A DNA stretch of 60,867 bases from Gaiellaceae bacterium (GCA_035455445.1 DATIFC010000161.1:1-60867); one strand, 5' to 3'. Counted from the stretch's first letter, positions 15,707 through 24,614 are shown. Notes: a model not told the origin generated them from the sequence alone. Numbers and translations: made by a program.

Positions 15707-16809
15707 GGGTCGTCTACGTCTCGACGCTCGAGGCCGGCGGCCCCGTCACGCACCTGCGGCAGCTCGCGCCGCGCGTGGCCGGCGAGGGCGTCGACGTCCG
15801 GGTGGTCTGTGCAAGCGAGGCGCTCGCCGACGGGTTCCGTGCGTTGGACGTCGCGGCCGAGGCCGTTCGGATCGGGCACAAGCTGGACGCCCGTGGGGCG
15901 GTGTCGCTCTGGCGGCGGCTCGGCGAGGCCGACGTCGTGCACACCCAGGACCGGCGCGCCGGGCTCTTCGGCCGTCTGGGCGGCCGCCTGCACCGCGCGC
16001 ACGTCGTCCATACGCTGCACGGGATGCCCGAGGAGATCGCAGCGCGGGTCGGCCGTCCCGAGGCGCCGGATCCCCCGGGCGTGTCGAGGGCCCGGCTCGC
16101 GTGGCTCGAGCACGGCTACCTCCCGATCGAGGCCGGCCTGACGCGGCTCGGGCACGTCGTCGCGCCCTCCCGGGCGATGGCCGACTTCATGGTCGGCCAC
16201 GGCTTTCCGTCAGGGCGCGTGCACGTGATCCCGCTCGGGATCGAGGGCGCGGAGGAGGCGAGGGCACGCGACCACGGCGTGCTCGTGGCCGGGGTCGCGT
16301 CGAACCTCGAGTACTGGAAGGGCGTGGACACGCTCATCGACGCGGCGGCTGCGATGCGCTCCCCGGTGCGGCTGGAGGTCTTCGGGCGGGGCTCGCTCGC
16401 GGGTGAGCTGGAGCGGCAGGCCCGCGACGCCGGCGTCGACGCGCGCTTCCACGGCTTCGTTCCCGGCGCGAGCGAGCGGCTGCGCGACCTCGACGTGCTC
16501 GTCCAGCCCTCGCGGGCCGACAACTTCCCGCTCGCCGTGCTGGAGGCCATGGCCGCCGGCCTGCCCGTCGTGGCCACGCGCGTCGGCGGGATCCCGGAGC
16601 TCGTCGTGGACGGCCAGACCGGCCTGCTCGTCGAGCCGGAGAGCCCGTCCGCGCTGGCCGAGGCGCTGGAGTCGCTTGCCGCGAGCCGCGACCGCAGGCT
16701 CGAGCTCGGCCGGCGCGGCCGCGAGCGCGCCCGACAGGAGTTCTCGACCGTGCGCATGGCGCGCCGCACCGTCGCGCTCTACGGGGACCTGTGCGCATCC
16801 TCCATGTGA
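15703..16809 (+). CDS. Family-4 glycosyltransferase
   Basis: C-terminal part of track ORF 14740..16809 from ATG 15703 ([21 protein letters not shown]). GT4 signature: [33 protein letters not shown]. Confidence 0.75.
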   Translation: MRVVYVSTLEAGGPVTHLRQLAPRVAGEGVDVRVVCASEALADGFRALDVAAEAVRIGHKLDARGAVSLWRRLGEADVVHTQDRRAGLFGRLGGRLHRAHVVHTLHGMPEEIAARVGRPEAPDPPGVSRARLAWLEHGYLPIEAGLTRLGHVVAPSRAMADFMVGHGFPSGRVHVIPLGIEGAEEARARDHGVLVAGVASNLEYWKGVDTLIDAAAAMRSPVRLEVFGRGSLAGELERQARDAGVDARFHGFVPGASERLRDLDVLVQPSRADNFPLAVLEAMAAGLPVVATRVGGIPELVVDGQTGLLVEPESPSALAEALESLAASRDRRLELGRRGRERARQEFSTVRMARRTVALYGDLCASSM

Positions 16810-17831
16810 TCCAGGAGCTCGGCACCGGCGGAGCGGAGCGGATCCTCCTCTCGGCCTACCGCGGCGCGCGCGCGGCCGGGCACGAGGTCTTGGTCGCCGC
16901 CGCGCCGGGCCCGCTGGCGGCTGAGCTCGACAGCGAGCCGTACCCGCTCCCGGTCGTGGGCCGGCGCGTCTCTCGGCTCCCTTCCGCCGCGTCCGCCGTG
17001 CGGCGGGCGGTGAAGGAGACGCGCCCGGACGTGATCCATGCCCACAACCCGACGATGTCGTTCGTGACCGGCATGGTCACGCGTCGCGGCAGGCGGCCGC
17101 CCGGCCTCGTCAGTCTCCACGGCGGCCCCGAGGAGGACTGGCCGGCCGCGGTGCGGCTCGTGCGCCTCTCCGGCCTCGCGCCGGTCGCCTGCGGGCCGGG
17201 CGTGGAGGCCGCGCTCGAGCAGCACGGCCTCGAGCCGCTGGCCACGGTGCCCAACGCCGTTGCGCCCGCGCCGCCTCCGGCGAACCGCGCCGACCTGGGG
17301 CTCGCATCCGGGACGCGGCTCGTCCTCGCCGTCGGCCGCCTCGTCGAGCAGAAGAACCACGCGCTTGCGATCCGGGCGATCGCCGACGTCCCCGATGCGG
17401 TCCTCGCGATCGCCGGAGACGGCGTGCTGCGCGAGGAGCTCGAGCACCTCGCCGAGGAGACCGGCGTCGCCGACCGCGTCCGCTTTCTCGGCGTGCGGCC
17501 CGATGCGCGGGCGCTGATGGGCGCGGCCGACGCCGTCGTGCTGTCGTCGCGGTGGGAGGGCCTCCCGCTGTCGGCGCTCGAGGCGCTCGCGTCGGGAACG
17601 CCCCTCGTGGCGACCGACGTGCGCGGCCTGCGCGAGCTCGTGGAGGACGACGAGAACGCGCTGCTCGTCCCCGAGGACCCGCAGGCGCTCGCCGCCGCGC
17701 TGCGGCGCGTGCTCGGCGACCCCGAGCTCGCCGCGCGCCTGGCCGCGGCCGGGAAGCAGGTGGACGGGGCCGGCGACGACGCGCGGCTCGTCGCGCGCTT
17801 CCTCGAGCTGTACGAGAGGCTGGCCGCGTGA
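16791..17831 (+). CDS. Family-4 glycosyltransferase
   Basis: Track ORF of 346 aa: [20 protein letters not shown]..., [33 protein letters not shown]. Overlaps the previous gene by 19 nt. Confidence 0.75.
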   Translation: MRILHVIQELGTGGAERILLSAYRGARAAGHEVLVAAAPGPLAAELDSEPYPLPVVGRRVSRLPSAASAVRRAVKETRPDVIHAHNPTMSFVTGMVTRRGRRPPGLVSLHGGPEEDWPAAVRLVRLSGLAPVACGPGVEAALEQHGLEPLATVPNAVAPAPPPANRADLGLASGTRLVLAVGRLVEQKNHALAIRAIADVPDAVLAIAGDGVLREELEHLAEETGVADRVRFLGVRPDARALMGAADAVVLSSRWEGLPLSALEALASGTPLVATDVRGLRELVEDDENALLVPEDPQALAAALRRVLGDPELAARLAAAGKQVDGAGDDARLVARFLELYERLAA

Positions 17832-18790
17832 GGGTCTCGGTCGTGATCCCCGCCTTCGACGCCGAGGCGACCGTCGGCGGAGCGATCTCCTCGGCCCTCT
17901 GGCAGACGTATCGCGACCTCGAGGTCGTGGTCGTGGACGACGGCTCACGCGACGGGACGAACGCCATCGCCGCCGCCTTCCCGGATCCGGTGCGCGCCGT
18001 GCGCCAGGAGAACGCGGGGGTCGCGGCCGCGCGCAACCGCGGGATCGCCGAGGCGAAGGGAGAGCTGATCGCCTTCTGCGACGCCGACGACGTCCTCCTG
18101 CCGCGCCACCTCGAGGAGCTCGTCGCGACCTACGACCGCCACGGCGGCGGCATCGCGACCTCGAACTGCTACTGGCTCTTCCCGGGCGGGATCCACCCCT
18201 CGCGGACGCGCTACAAGGGCGGCTTCCCGAAGCCCAACCGCCAGCGGCTCGCGATCCTCCAGCAGAACTTCGTCTCGACGATGTCGCTCTTCCCGAAGCG
18301 GCTCGCGGACGAGCTGGGCGGCTTCGCGACCGACCTCGAGGTCGCCGAGGACTGGGACTTCTGGCTGCGGTCGATCTACTCGGGCGCGCGCGTGTCCCTG
18401 CAGCCGCGGCCGCTCGCGCACTACCGCTGGGGCTCGGAGAGCCTCTCGGCGGAGCCCGAACGGATGGACGAGCACGCGGAGGCCGTGCTGCGACGCGCTG
18501 CCGGCCGCGACGACCTGTCCGCCGGCGAGCGCGCGTATCTCGACCGCCGTCTCTCGGGGCCGGGCCCGGCTCAGCTCGGCCGCCTCGGGGACGAGGCGCT
18601 GCGGGCCGGCCGCTACCGCGAGGCCGCGGCGAGCTACCGGCGCGCCGCGAGCCTCTGCCCCGCCGAGCCGCGCCTCGTCTGGAAGGCGCGCGTCCTCCGC
18701 GCCGCACCCTGGCTGACGGGGCCGCTCGTCCGCGTGCGGCAGCTGAAGATCGAGGACGCCGTCGGCTTCGACGAAGGGCACGTGCGCTGA
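17828..18790 (+). CDS. Family-2 glycosyltransferase with C-terminal TPR-like segment
   Basis: C-terminal part of track ORF 17552..18790 from GTG 17828 (GTGA overlap). Motifs: [45 protein letters not shown] (DxD). The tail reads AGRYREAAASYRRAASLCPAEP. Confidence 0.7.
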   Translation: MRVSVVIPAFDAEATVGGAISSALWQTYRDLEVVVVDDGSRDGTNAIAAAFPDPVRAVRQENAGVAAARNRGIAEAKGELIAFCDADDVLLPRHLEELVATYDRHGGGIATSNCYWLFPGGIHPSRTRYKGGFPKPNRQRLAILQQNFVSTMSLFPKRLADELGGFATDLEVAEDWDFWLRSIYSGARVSLQPRPLAHYRWGSESLSAEPERMDEHAEAVLRRAAGRDDLSAGERAYLDRRLSGPGPAQLGRLGDEALRAGRYREAAASYRRAASLCPAEPRLVWKARVLRAAPWLTGPLVRVRQLKIEDAVGFDEGHVR

Positions 18791-19311
18791 CCGAGCCGTT
18801 CCGCGTCGCCTTCGTCTGCACGGGGAACCGCTTCCGCAGCCCGCTCGCGGCCGCCGTCTTCGCCGCCGAGACCGAGGGCCTGCCCGTGGAGACGGCCTCG
18901 CTGGGCACGCTCGACCTCGGGCCCGAGCCGGCGCTGCCCGAGGCGATCGTGATGGCGGAGGAGCTCGGGCTCGACCTGTCGGGCCACCGCGCGCGTAGGC
19001 TCGGCGACCTGCGCGGGCACGACCTCGTCGTCGGCTTCGAGCGCAAGCACGTGATGGCCGCGGTCGTCGACGCGGGGGCGCCGGTCGAGAAGACGTTCAC
19101 GCTCTCCGAGCTCGTCGACCTGCTCCAGGATCGCAGCGGCTCCCCGCGGGAGCGGATCGCCGAGGCGCACGCGGCTCGCCCCGAGGACTTCCGCAACCGG
19201 CCGTTGCCGGAGATCCGGGATCCGCTCGGCCTGCCCTCGCCGGAGCAGCGCGCCGTCGCGCGGGCCGTCGAGGAGCGGGCCTCCGAGCTCGCCTCGGCGC
19301 TCTTCGGCTAG
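18787..19311 (+). CDS. Low-molecular-weight protein-tyrosine phosphatase (LMW-PTP/ArsC fold), probable CTG start
   Basis: Track ORF 18886..19311 begins downstream of the catalytic loop. In the same frame, 18817-18840 encodes CTGNRFRS (CX5R-S) within FRVAFVCTGNRFRSPLAAAVF. A DP general-acid motif (EIRDPLG) lies further on. The only plausible initiator is CTG 18787, overlapping the GT2 stop (CTGA), with GAAGGG 8 nt upstream. Confidence 0.55.
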   Translation: MTEPFRVAFVCTGNRFRSPLAAAVFAAETEGLPVETASLGTLDLGPEPALPEAIVMAEELGLDLSGHRARRLGDLRGHDLVVGFERKHVMAAVVDAGAPVEKTFTLSELVDLLQDRSGSPRERIAEAHAARPEDFRNRPLPEIRDPLGLPSPEQRAVARAVEERASELASALFG

Positions 19312-20405
19312 GCGCGCCTCGCCTCCCAGCGGTCGAGCGTCTCCGCCGCGGAGCCGGCCCGGCCGCCGCGCTCCTCGATCCAGGTGAGCAGGCGCCGGTA
19401 GACGTGGTCGAAGCCCCGCGAGAGGCGTGGATGGTGCTGCGGCGGGTGCCAGAGAATCGCGACCGCGCCGCCGTGCTCGGCGACCGGCTCGAGCGCCTCC
19501 ACGGCGGCCTCGAAGGCGGCGTCCGGGCCGAGCCCGAGGTAGCGCTCCTCGCCGAGGGTGGCGTCCATCACCGCCAGCGGCAGCTCCCAGCCGCCGGGCT
19601 CGCGCCGCTCCGCGTCCCACAGGCGGTACGGGTACGGCGTCCCCGCCCGCAGGCCGGGGAGCGAGGGCCAGCCGATGCTCGAGTCGTAGCGCAGGCCGGC
19701 CTCCCGCAGCTCGGCGGCCAGGCGCGCGGGGTCGCTGCGGAGGTAGTGGTGCCGGAGCCCCTGCGGCCGGTCGAGCGCCTGCGCCTCCTCGGCGATCGCG
19801 CCAGGCCGCTCCCGCGCCCGGTACGAGGCGTGGAGCGCGACCTCGAGCCCGGCCGCCCGCGTCCGCTCGACCGCTGCTGCGAGCGCCGGCCCGTACCGCT
19901 CCGGATACCCGTCCTGCGGCGCCTCCTGGCGCGTGAGGAAGAAACAGGTCGAGCCGCGGCCGCCCTCGGCCTCGAGCATCGCCGCGAGCGGGAAGTCGGG
20001 GTCGCGACTGCGCGCGGCGTCGAGCGCGAACGTCGTCCCCTCCAGCAACCGCCGCCGGGAGCGGTGCGCGAGCGACCCGGCGAGCTTGCGCGCGGCCGTC
20101 CCGAAGCCGCCGCCGCCGAGCAGGTCGACGTCGTGCGTCAGCGCCACGAGGAAGCCCTCGCCGCCGGGGTAGCCGCGGCGCTCGAGGCCGAGCCCCGCCG
20201 CGATCTCCGCCACGCGCGGCCCCGGCGGACGCGCGGGCGGGAGCGGACGCCCGTGAGCGTCGAGCTCCGCGCCGCGCTCGTGCGCGAGCGTGAGCAGCGC
20301 GAAGACCTCGTCGAGCAGCGCCCCCTCCACCCGCGCCGACTCGCCGAACGGCAACCCGAGCGCGTCGAGCAACGCCTCGAGCGCGTACCGGTGCTCCGGG
20401 GTCAC
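19308..20405 (-). CDS. Polysaccharide deacetylase-like protein (CE4/NodB-like fold suspected)
   Basis: C-terminal 365 codons of track ORF 19308..21062 from GTG 20403-20405 (GTGA overlap with the lysS stop). Contains FLVALTHDVDLLGG, HASYRARERP and LRHHYLR motifs reminiscent of polysaccharide deacetylase family proteins. Assignment is tentative. Confidence 0.5.
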   Translation of the reverse strand: MTPEHRYALEALLDALGLPFGESARVEGALLDEVFALLTLAHERGAELDAHGRPLPPARPPGPRVAEIAAGLGLERRGYPGGEGFLVALTHDVDLLGGGGFGTAARKLAGSLAHRSRRRLLEGTTFALDAARSRDPDFPLAAMLEAEGGRGSTCFFLTRQEAPQDGYPERYGPALAAAVERTRAAGLEVALHASYRARERPGAIAEEAQALDRPQGLRHHYLRSDPARLAAELREAGLRYDSSIGWPSLPGLRAGTPYPYRLWDAERREPGGWELPLAVMDATLGEERYLGLGPDAAFEAAVEALEPVAEHGGAVAILWHPPQHHPRLSRGFDHVYRRLLTWIEERGGRAGSAAETLDRWEARRA

Positions 20406-21757
20406 CTGGAGCGCAGCGCGGGGAACAGGATCACGTCGCGGATCGCGTCGCTGCCCGTGAGCACCATCGTCAGCCGGTCGATCCCGACCCCGCAGCCGCC
20501 GGTCGGCGGCATTCCGTACGAGAGCGCCTCGACGAAGTCCGGGTCGCCCGGCTCCGACTCCTCCGCCCCGGCCTCGCGCTCGACCTCCTGCAGGGCGAAG
20601 CGCTGCGCCTGCTCCTCCGCATCGTTGAGCTCGCTGAACGCGTTCGCGAACTCCATCCCTGCGACCACCGCCTCGAAGCGCTCGACCAGCGTCTCGTCCT
20701 CGTCCGTCGTGCGCGCGAACGGCGAGAGCTCGAGCGGCCAGTCGTGGACGAACGTCGGCTGGATCAGCTCCGGCTCGACGAAGTGCGAGTAGGCGTGGTC
20801 GACGAGCTGCGACCACGAGCGGTCGCGCCCGGTGTCCACGCCGGCCTCCTTCAGCCTGGCCCGCAGCTCCGCCTCGTCGCGCGACCAGACGCCCTTCGCC
20901 TCCATCGCCTCCACGAACCGGACGCGCTGCCACGGCGGGGAGAGGTCGACCCCGTGCCCGCGGAAGGTCACCGTGCGCCTGCCGACCGCGTCCGCCGCGG
21001 CGGCCACCAGAGCCTCCGTGCGCTCCATCGTGTCGCGGTAGTCGGCGTAGGCCTCGTACCACTCGACCTGCGTGAACTCCGGCGAGTGCTTGTAGGAGAT
21101 GCTCTCGTTGCGGAAGTCCTTGGAGAGCTCGTAGACCTTCTCGAGCCCGCCGACGATCAGGCGCTTGAGGTACAGCTCGTCGGCGATGCGCAGGTAGAGG
21201 TCGGCTTCGAGCTCGTTCGAGCGGGTCGTGAACGGCTCCGCGAAGCCGCCGCCGTAGCGCGGCTGCAGGATCGGCGTCTCGACCTCGATGAAGCCCTCGC
21301 CGTCGAGGTAGGCGCGCACGGCGGCGACGATCCTCGTCCGGGTCAGCGCGAGCTCGCGCGACTCAGGGCTCATCAGCAGGTCGAGGTAGCGCTGCCGGTA
21401 GCGGGTCTCGACGTCGGTGACCCCGTGGAAGGTGTCGGGCAGCGGGCGGCGGATCTTCGCCAGCAGCTCGACCTGCGATGTGACGAGCGACGGCTCGCCT
21501 CGCCGCGAGCGTCCGGGCCGGCCGGTCGCGCCGACGACGTCGCCGAGGTCGAGGTCGACCCTCTGCTCCGAGATCAGCTGGATCCGACCGGAGCGGTCGA
21601 CGAGGTCGAGGAAGGTGAGCTTCCCCATCTCGCGCCGGGCCATGACGCGCCCGGCGACGCGCAGCTCGCGCTCGAGCGTCTGGCCCGGCTCGGCCTTCTC
21701 CGCCTCGACGCGAGCCGCCGCGATCTCGACCCGGTCTGCGAACCGCTTCGGCAGCAT
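20402..21757 (-). CDS. lysS: Lysine--tRNA ligase (class II)
   Basis: Track ORF of 451 aa. OB-fold region: VAGRVMARREMGKLTFLDLVDRSGRIQL. Class II motifs: RYRQRYLDLL, FIEVETPILQ, KVYELSKDFRNE, GMPPTGGCGVGIDRLTMVL. Confidence 0.9.
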   Translation of the reverse strand: MLPKRFADRVEIAAARVEAEKAEPGQTLERELRVAGRVMARREMGKLTFLDLVDRSGRIQLISEQRVDLDLGDVVGATGRPGRSRRGEPSLVTSQVELLAKIRRPLPDTFHGVTDVETRYRQRYLDLLMSPESRELALTRTRIVAAVRAYLDGEGFIEVETPILQPRYGGGFAEPFTTRSNELEADLYLRIADELYLKRLIVGGLEKVYELSKDFRNESISYKHSPEFTQVEWYEAYADYRDTMERTEALVAAAADAVGRRTVTFRGHGVDLSPPWQRVRFVEAMEAKGVWSRDEAELRARLKEAGVDTGRDRSWSQLVDHAYSHFVEPELIQPTFVHDWPLELSPFARTTDEDETLVERFEAVVAGMEFANAFSELNDAEEQAQRFALQEVEREAGAEESEPGDPDFVEALSYGMPPTGGCGVGIDRLTMVLTGSDAIRDVILFPALRSR

Positions 21758-21770
21758 TGCGCTGCCGACT

Positions 21771-22244
21771 CTACGCGGCCTTGATTTCCAGGATCTTGAA
21801 CTTCATCGAACCGCGCGGGGCCGCGACCTCGACCGTCTCGCCCTTCTTCTTGCCGATGATCGCCTTGCCGACCGGCGACTCGTTCGAGAGCTTGTTCTCG
21901 GCCGGGTTCGCCTCCGCGGAGCCGACGATGCGGTACTCGAAGGTCTGCTTCGCGTCGAGATCGCGGAGCTTCACCTTCGAGCCGATCGAGACGACGTCCT
22001 TGGCGACGTCCTTCTTCGTGATCACGCGCGCGTTGCGCAGCCGCTCCTCGAGCGTGGCGATGCGGTGCTCGAGCAGCGCCTGCTCGTTCTTCGCGTCGTC
22101 GTACTCGGCGTTCTCGGCGATGTCGCCGAACTCGCGCGCGGTGCGGATGCGCTCGGCGACCTCGCGACGCTTCTCGTTGGAGAGGTGCTCGATCTCCTGT
22201 TTGAGCTTCTCGTAGCCTTCGGGAGTGAGGATTACGTCCTTCAA
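21771..22244 (-). CDS. greA: Transcription elongation factor GreA
   Basis: Inside track ORF 21771..22298. Sequence: LTPEGYEKLKQEIEHLSNEKRREVAERIRTAREFGDIAENAEYDDAKNEQALLEHRIATLEERL...ISNESPVGKAIIGKKKGETVEV. Started at TTG 22242-22244 because AGGAGG (complement of 22249-22254) precedes it. The ATG at 22298 is an alternative start. Confidence 0.85.
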   Translation of the reverse strand: MKDVILTPEGYEKLKQEIEHLSNEKRREVAERIRTAREFGDIAENAEYDDAKNEQALLEHRIATLEERLRNARVITKKDVAKDVVSIGSKVKLRDLDAKQTFEYRIVGSAEANPAENKLSNESPVGKAIIGKKKGETVEVAAPRGSMKFKILEIKAA

Positions 22245-22346
22245 CGGGCCTCCTGAAAGAAAAACGCGCGGCGCAGGGGCGCCGTCGCGGGCGGGCATGT
22301 TACCTGCGGAGGCGGACGGACGTCAACCCGTCCGGCGGCTACCATT

Positions 22347-23417
22347 TTGCGCTCTGTGCAGGTAGATCTCCGCAGCTCCTGGTGGATCCGCGATGTCGAG
22401 ATCCCGACGCGGCTCGTGCTGGCGCCGATGGCCGGCGTCAGCGTGCAGGCCTTTCGCCGCCAGGGCCGCCGCTACGGCGCCGGGCTCGTCTGCTCGGAGA
22501 TGGTCAGCTGCGCCGGGCTGCACCACGGCAACGAGCGGACGCTCGGCTACCTGCGCATCTCGGCGGACGAGCGGCCGCTCGCGGTGCAGATCTTCGGCTC
22601 CGAGCCGGAAGTGATGGCGGAGGCGGCGCGGATGGTCGAGGACGCGGGGGCCGACCTCGTCGACATCAACTTCGGCTGCCCGGTGAAGAAGGTGACGAAG
22701 ACCGGCGCCGGCGCGACCCTGCTCGAGGATCCCGCTCGGGCCTGTGCGGTCGTGGAGGCGGTGGCGGAGACCGTGTCTGTGCCGGTCACGGTGAAGATGC
22801 GGCGCGGGCTCGAGCACGGCTCACGCGCGTGCCTGGAGCTGGGGCCGCGGCTGGTCGAGGCCGGCGCCGCGTCGCTGACGCTGCACCCGCGCTCGGCGCG
22901 GCAGATGTACACGGGGGAAGCAGACCACTCGCTGACGGGGGAGCTGGCGTCTCTCGTCGACGTGCCGGTCGTCGCGTCGGGCGACGTGACCTCGCGCGGT
23001 CGGGCGCAGGCGATCCTGGCGACGACGGGCGCTGCCGCGGTGATGGTCGGCCGCGCGGCCCAGGGAAACCCGTGGGCGCTGCGCGAGATCATCGACGGCG
23101 ACGCGGCGGAGCCGACGCGCGAAGAGGTCGTCGCCGAGCTGATCCTCTTCATGCGCGAGACGGTGCGCGAGCTCGGGGAGCGGCGCGCGACGGGATTCCT
23201 GAAGAAGTTCTACGGTTGGTACCTCGGCCGCGGCCGGTTCCCGCGCCCGTTCAAGCAGGAGCTGGTGCAGCTCGCGACGCTGGAGGAGGTGGAGACGCGG
23301 CTGCTCGCCGCCGCACCCGGTGCCGCCGAGGTGCTCGAACGCCTCGCGGCCGAGCTCCCGGACGGCGAGGACGACGTGATCCTCGACCTGCCGATCTCGA
23401 TCTACGGCGGCGGCTGA
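22347..23417 (+). CDS. dus: tRNA-dihydrouridine synthase
   Basis: Track ORF of 356 aa: LVLAPMAGVSVQAFRRQGRRYGAGLVCSEMVS, AVQIFGSEPEVMAEAARMVEDAGADLVDINFGCPVKKV. The TTG 22347 start is uncertain; GTG 22356 is an alternative. Confidence 0.85.
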   Translation: MRSVQVDLRSSWWIRDVEIPTRLVLAPMAGVSVQAFRRQGRRYGAGLVCSEMVSCAGLHHGNERTLGYLRISADERPLAVQIFGSEPEVMAEAARMVEDAGADLVDINFGCPVKKVTKTGAGATLLEDPARACAVVEAVAETVSVPVTVKMRRGLEHGSRACLELGPRLVEAGAASLTLHPRSARQMYTGEADHSLTGELASLVDVPVVASGDVTSRGRAQAILATTGAAAVMVGRAAQGNPWALREIIDGDAAEPTREEVVAELILFMRETVRELGERRATGFLKKFYGWYLGRGRFPRPFKQELVQLATLEEVETRLLAAAPGAAEVLERLAAELPDGEDDVILDLPISIYGGG

Positions 23418-23435
23418 CCCAACCCCGCTCCGATC

Positions 23436-23456
23436 CAAGTAACAGACTGTTACTTG
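23436..23456. repeat. Perfect 21-nt AT-rich palindrome CAAGTAACAGACTGTTACTTG (copy A of twin site)
   Basis: Read directly. Arms of 10 nt around a central A. Overlaps the TAA stop (23450-23452) of the small minus-strand ORF and lies 19 nt after the dus stop. Confidence 0.9.
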
Positions 23457-23743
23457 CTCTTCCGGAGCGTGTCGGTGCCGGAAACGTGGCGCAGGACGGC
23501 GTCCGGGTGGCGCGCCCGCAGCGCGACGTCCAGGAGCACTTCCGCGTTGGAGACCCGTCTCGGCCGGCGGCGCGCCGCTCGCACCAGCAGCCGCACCTGC
23601 TCGTAGCTCGGCCGACGAAGGCCGTGCTCTTCGGCAAGCTCCCCGGTCATCCGGCAGATGTCGGCCGCTCGGACCGGCTTCGAGGCGAGACGCTCGATCT
23701 CTTCCAGGAGGCTGTTCGAGATGCGCGGCGCGAAGAAGCCCAC
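23450..23743 (-). CDS. Small basic hypothetical protein (97 aa), possible helix-turn-helix
   Basis: Track ORF with GTG start. The third codon position is almost always G/C, consistent with real coding. The segment ICRMTGELAEEHGLRRPSYEQVRLLVRAARR looks HTH-like. No SD sequence and no family recognised. Confidence 0.4.
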   Translation of the reverse strand: MGFFAPRISNSLLEEIERLASKPVRAADICRMTGELAEEHGLRRPSYEQVRLLVRAARRRPRRVSNAEVLLDVALRARHPDAVLRHVSGTDTLRKSK

Positions 23744-23806
23744 CCGGAGAGAGTGCGCGACGATTCGTCACGCGGTCGTGCCGAGTCCGCGCCGAAACCG
23801 TGACCT

Positions 23807-23825
23807 AGTAACAGACTGTTACTTG
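23807..23825. repeat. Copy B of the twin site: AGTAACAGACTGTTACTTG (17-nt palindrome core 23807-23823)
   Basis: Identical over 19 nt to 23438-23456. Lies 64 nt upstream of the small ORF's start and 23 nt beyond the coaX stop. Confidence 0.9.
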
Positions 23826-23848
23826 ATCCGGGGAAGGGCGGCTCGCGA

Positions 23849-24604
23849 TCAGTCGCGGTTTCGTTCCCAGACGAGCCGGACGCCTTCCAGCGTCAGGAAC
23901 GGGTCGATCGTCTCGAGCGTGCGCGCGTGGGGGACGATCAGGTCGGCGAGGCCGCCGGTCGCGACCGTCTGCGCCTCGGCTCCGAGCTCCCCCCGGATCC
24001 GCTCGACGATCCCGTCCACCTGGCCGGCGAAGCCGTAGACCAGCCCCGACTGCAGGCTCGAGGCCGTGTTCTTCGCGATCACGGTCTCCGGCTCCGCGAA
24101 GTCGACCTTGAAGAGCCGCGCCGCCCGCGCGAAGAGCGCCTCCATCGAGACCTCGATCCCCGGCGCGAGCACCCCGCCGACGTACTCCCCGGCCGGTGAG
24201 ACGACGTCGAAGTTCGTCGAGGTGCCGAAGTCGACCACGATGCAGGGCGAGCCGTAGCGCTCGACCGCGGCGACTGCGTTGGCGATCCGGTCCGGCCCGA
24301 CCTCGCGCGGGTCGTCGTAGCGGATCGGCACGCCGGTCCGCACGCCCGGGCCGAGCTCGAGCAGCTCGGCCTTCGCGTACTCCTTCGCGAGCTCCTCGTA
24401 GGCGCGGTGCAGCTGCGGCACGGTCGAGGCGAGCGCCACCCCGTCGACCGCCGAGAGGTCGAGGAAGCTGCCGTAGAGCGCGCCGAGCTCGTCCCCCGAG
24501 CGGCTCCGCTCGGTCGCCACGCGCCAGTGCTCGCGCAACTCCGCCCCCTCGAAGAGCCCGAAGAACGTCTGCGTGTTCCCGACGTCGATCGCCAGGAGTG
24601 CCAT
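23849..24604 (-). CDS. coaX: Type III pantothenate kinase
   Basis: Track ORF of 251 aa: MALLAIDVGNTQTFFGLF..., VVDFGTSTNFDVV, TGGLADLI (ASKHA fold, CoaX pattern). Confidence 0.9.
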   Translation of the reverse strand: MALLAIDVGNTQTFFGLFEGAELREHWRVATERSRSGDELGALYGSFLDLSAVDGVALASTVPQLHRAYEELAKEYAKAELLELGPGVRTGVPIRYDDPREVGPDRIANAVAAVERYGSPCIVVDFGTSTNFDVVSPAGEYVGGVLAPGIEVSMEALFARAARLFKVDFAEPETVIAKNTASSLQSGLVYGFAGQVDGIVERIRGELGAEAQTVATGGLADLIVPHARTLETIDPFLTLEGVRLVWERNRD

Positions 24605-24614
24605 GCGAGAGAGG

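Noticed and set aside
22255-22346. greA-dus divergent region searched for a riboswitch or tRNA-like structure
   Set aside because: Only a short stem (CGGACGG / CCGTCCG) was seen, with no recognisable conserved riboswitch core or tRNA T-loop/anticodon-arm pattern. It is treated as ordinary promoter DNA.
23436-23456. The AT-rich palindromes as ordinary intrinsic terminators for dus and coaX
   Set aside because: The arms are AT-rich and separated by a single base, so no stable loop can form. There is no U-tract. The exact 19-nt identity of the two copies argues for a protein-binding or recombination site instead.
23658-24038. 126-aa plus-strand ORF crossing the coaX 3' end
   Set aside because: It overlaps coaX and the small minus-strand ORF in antisense, and its sequence has no coding-like features.
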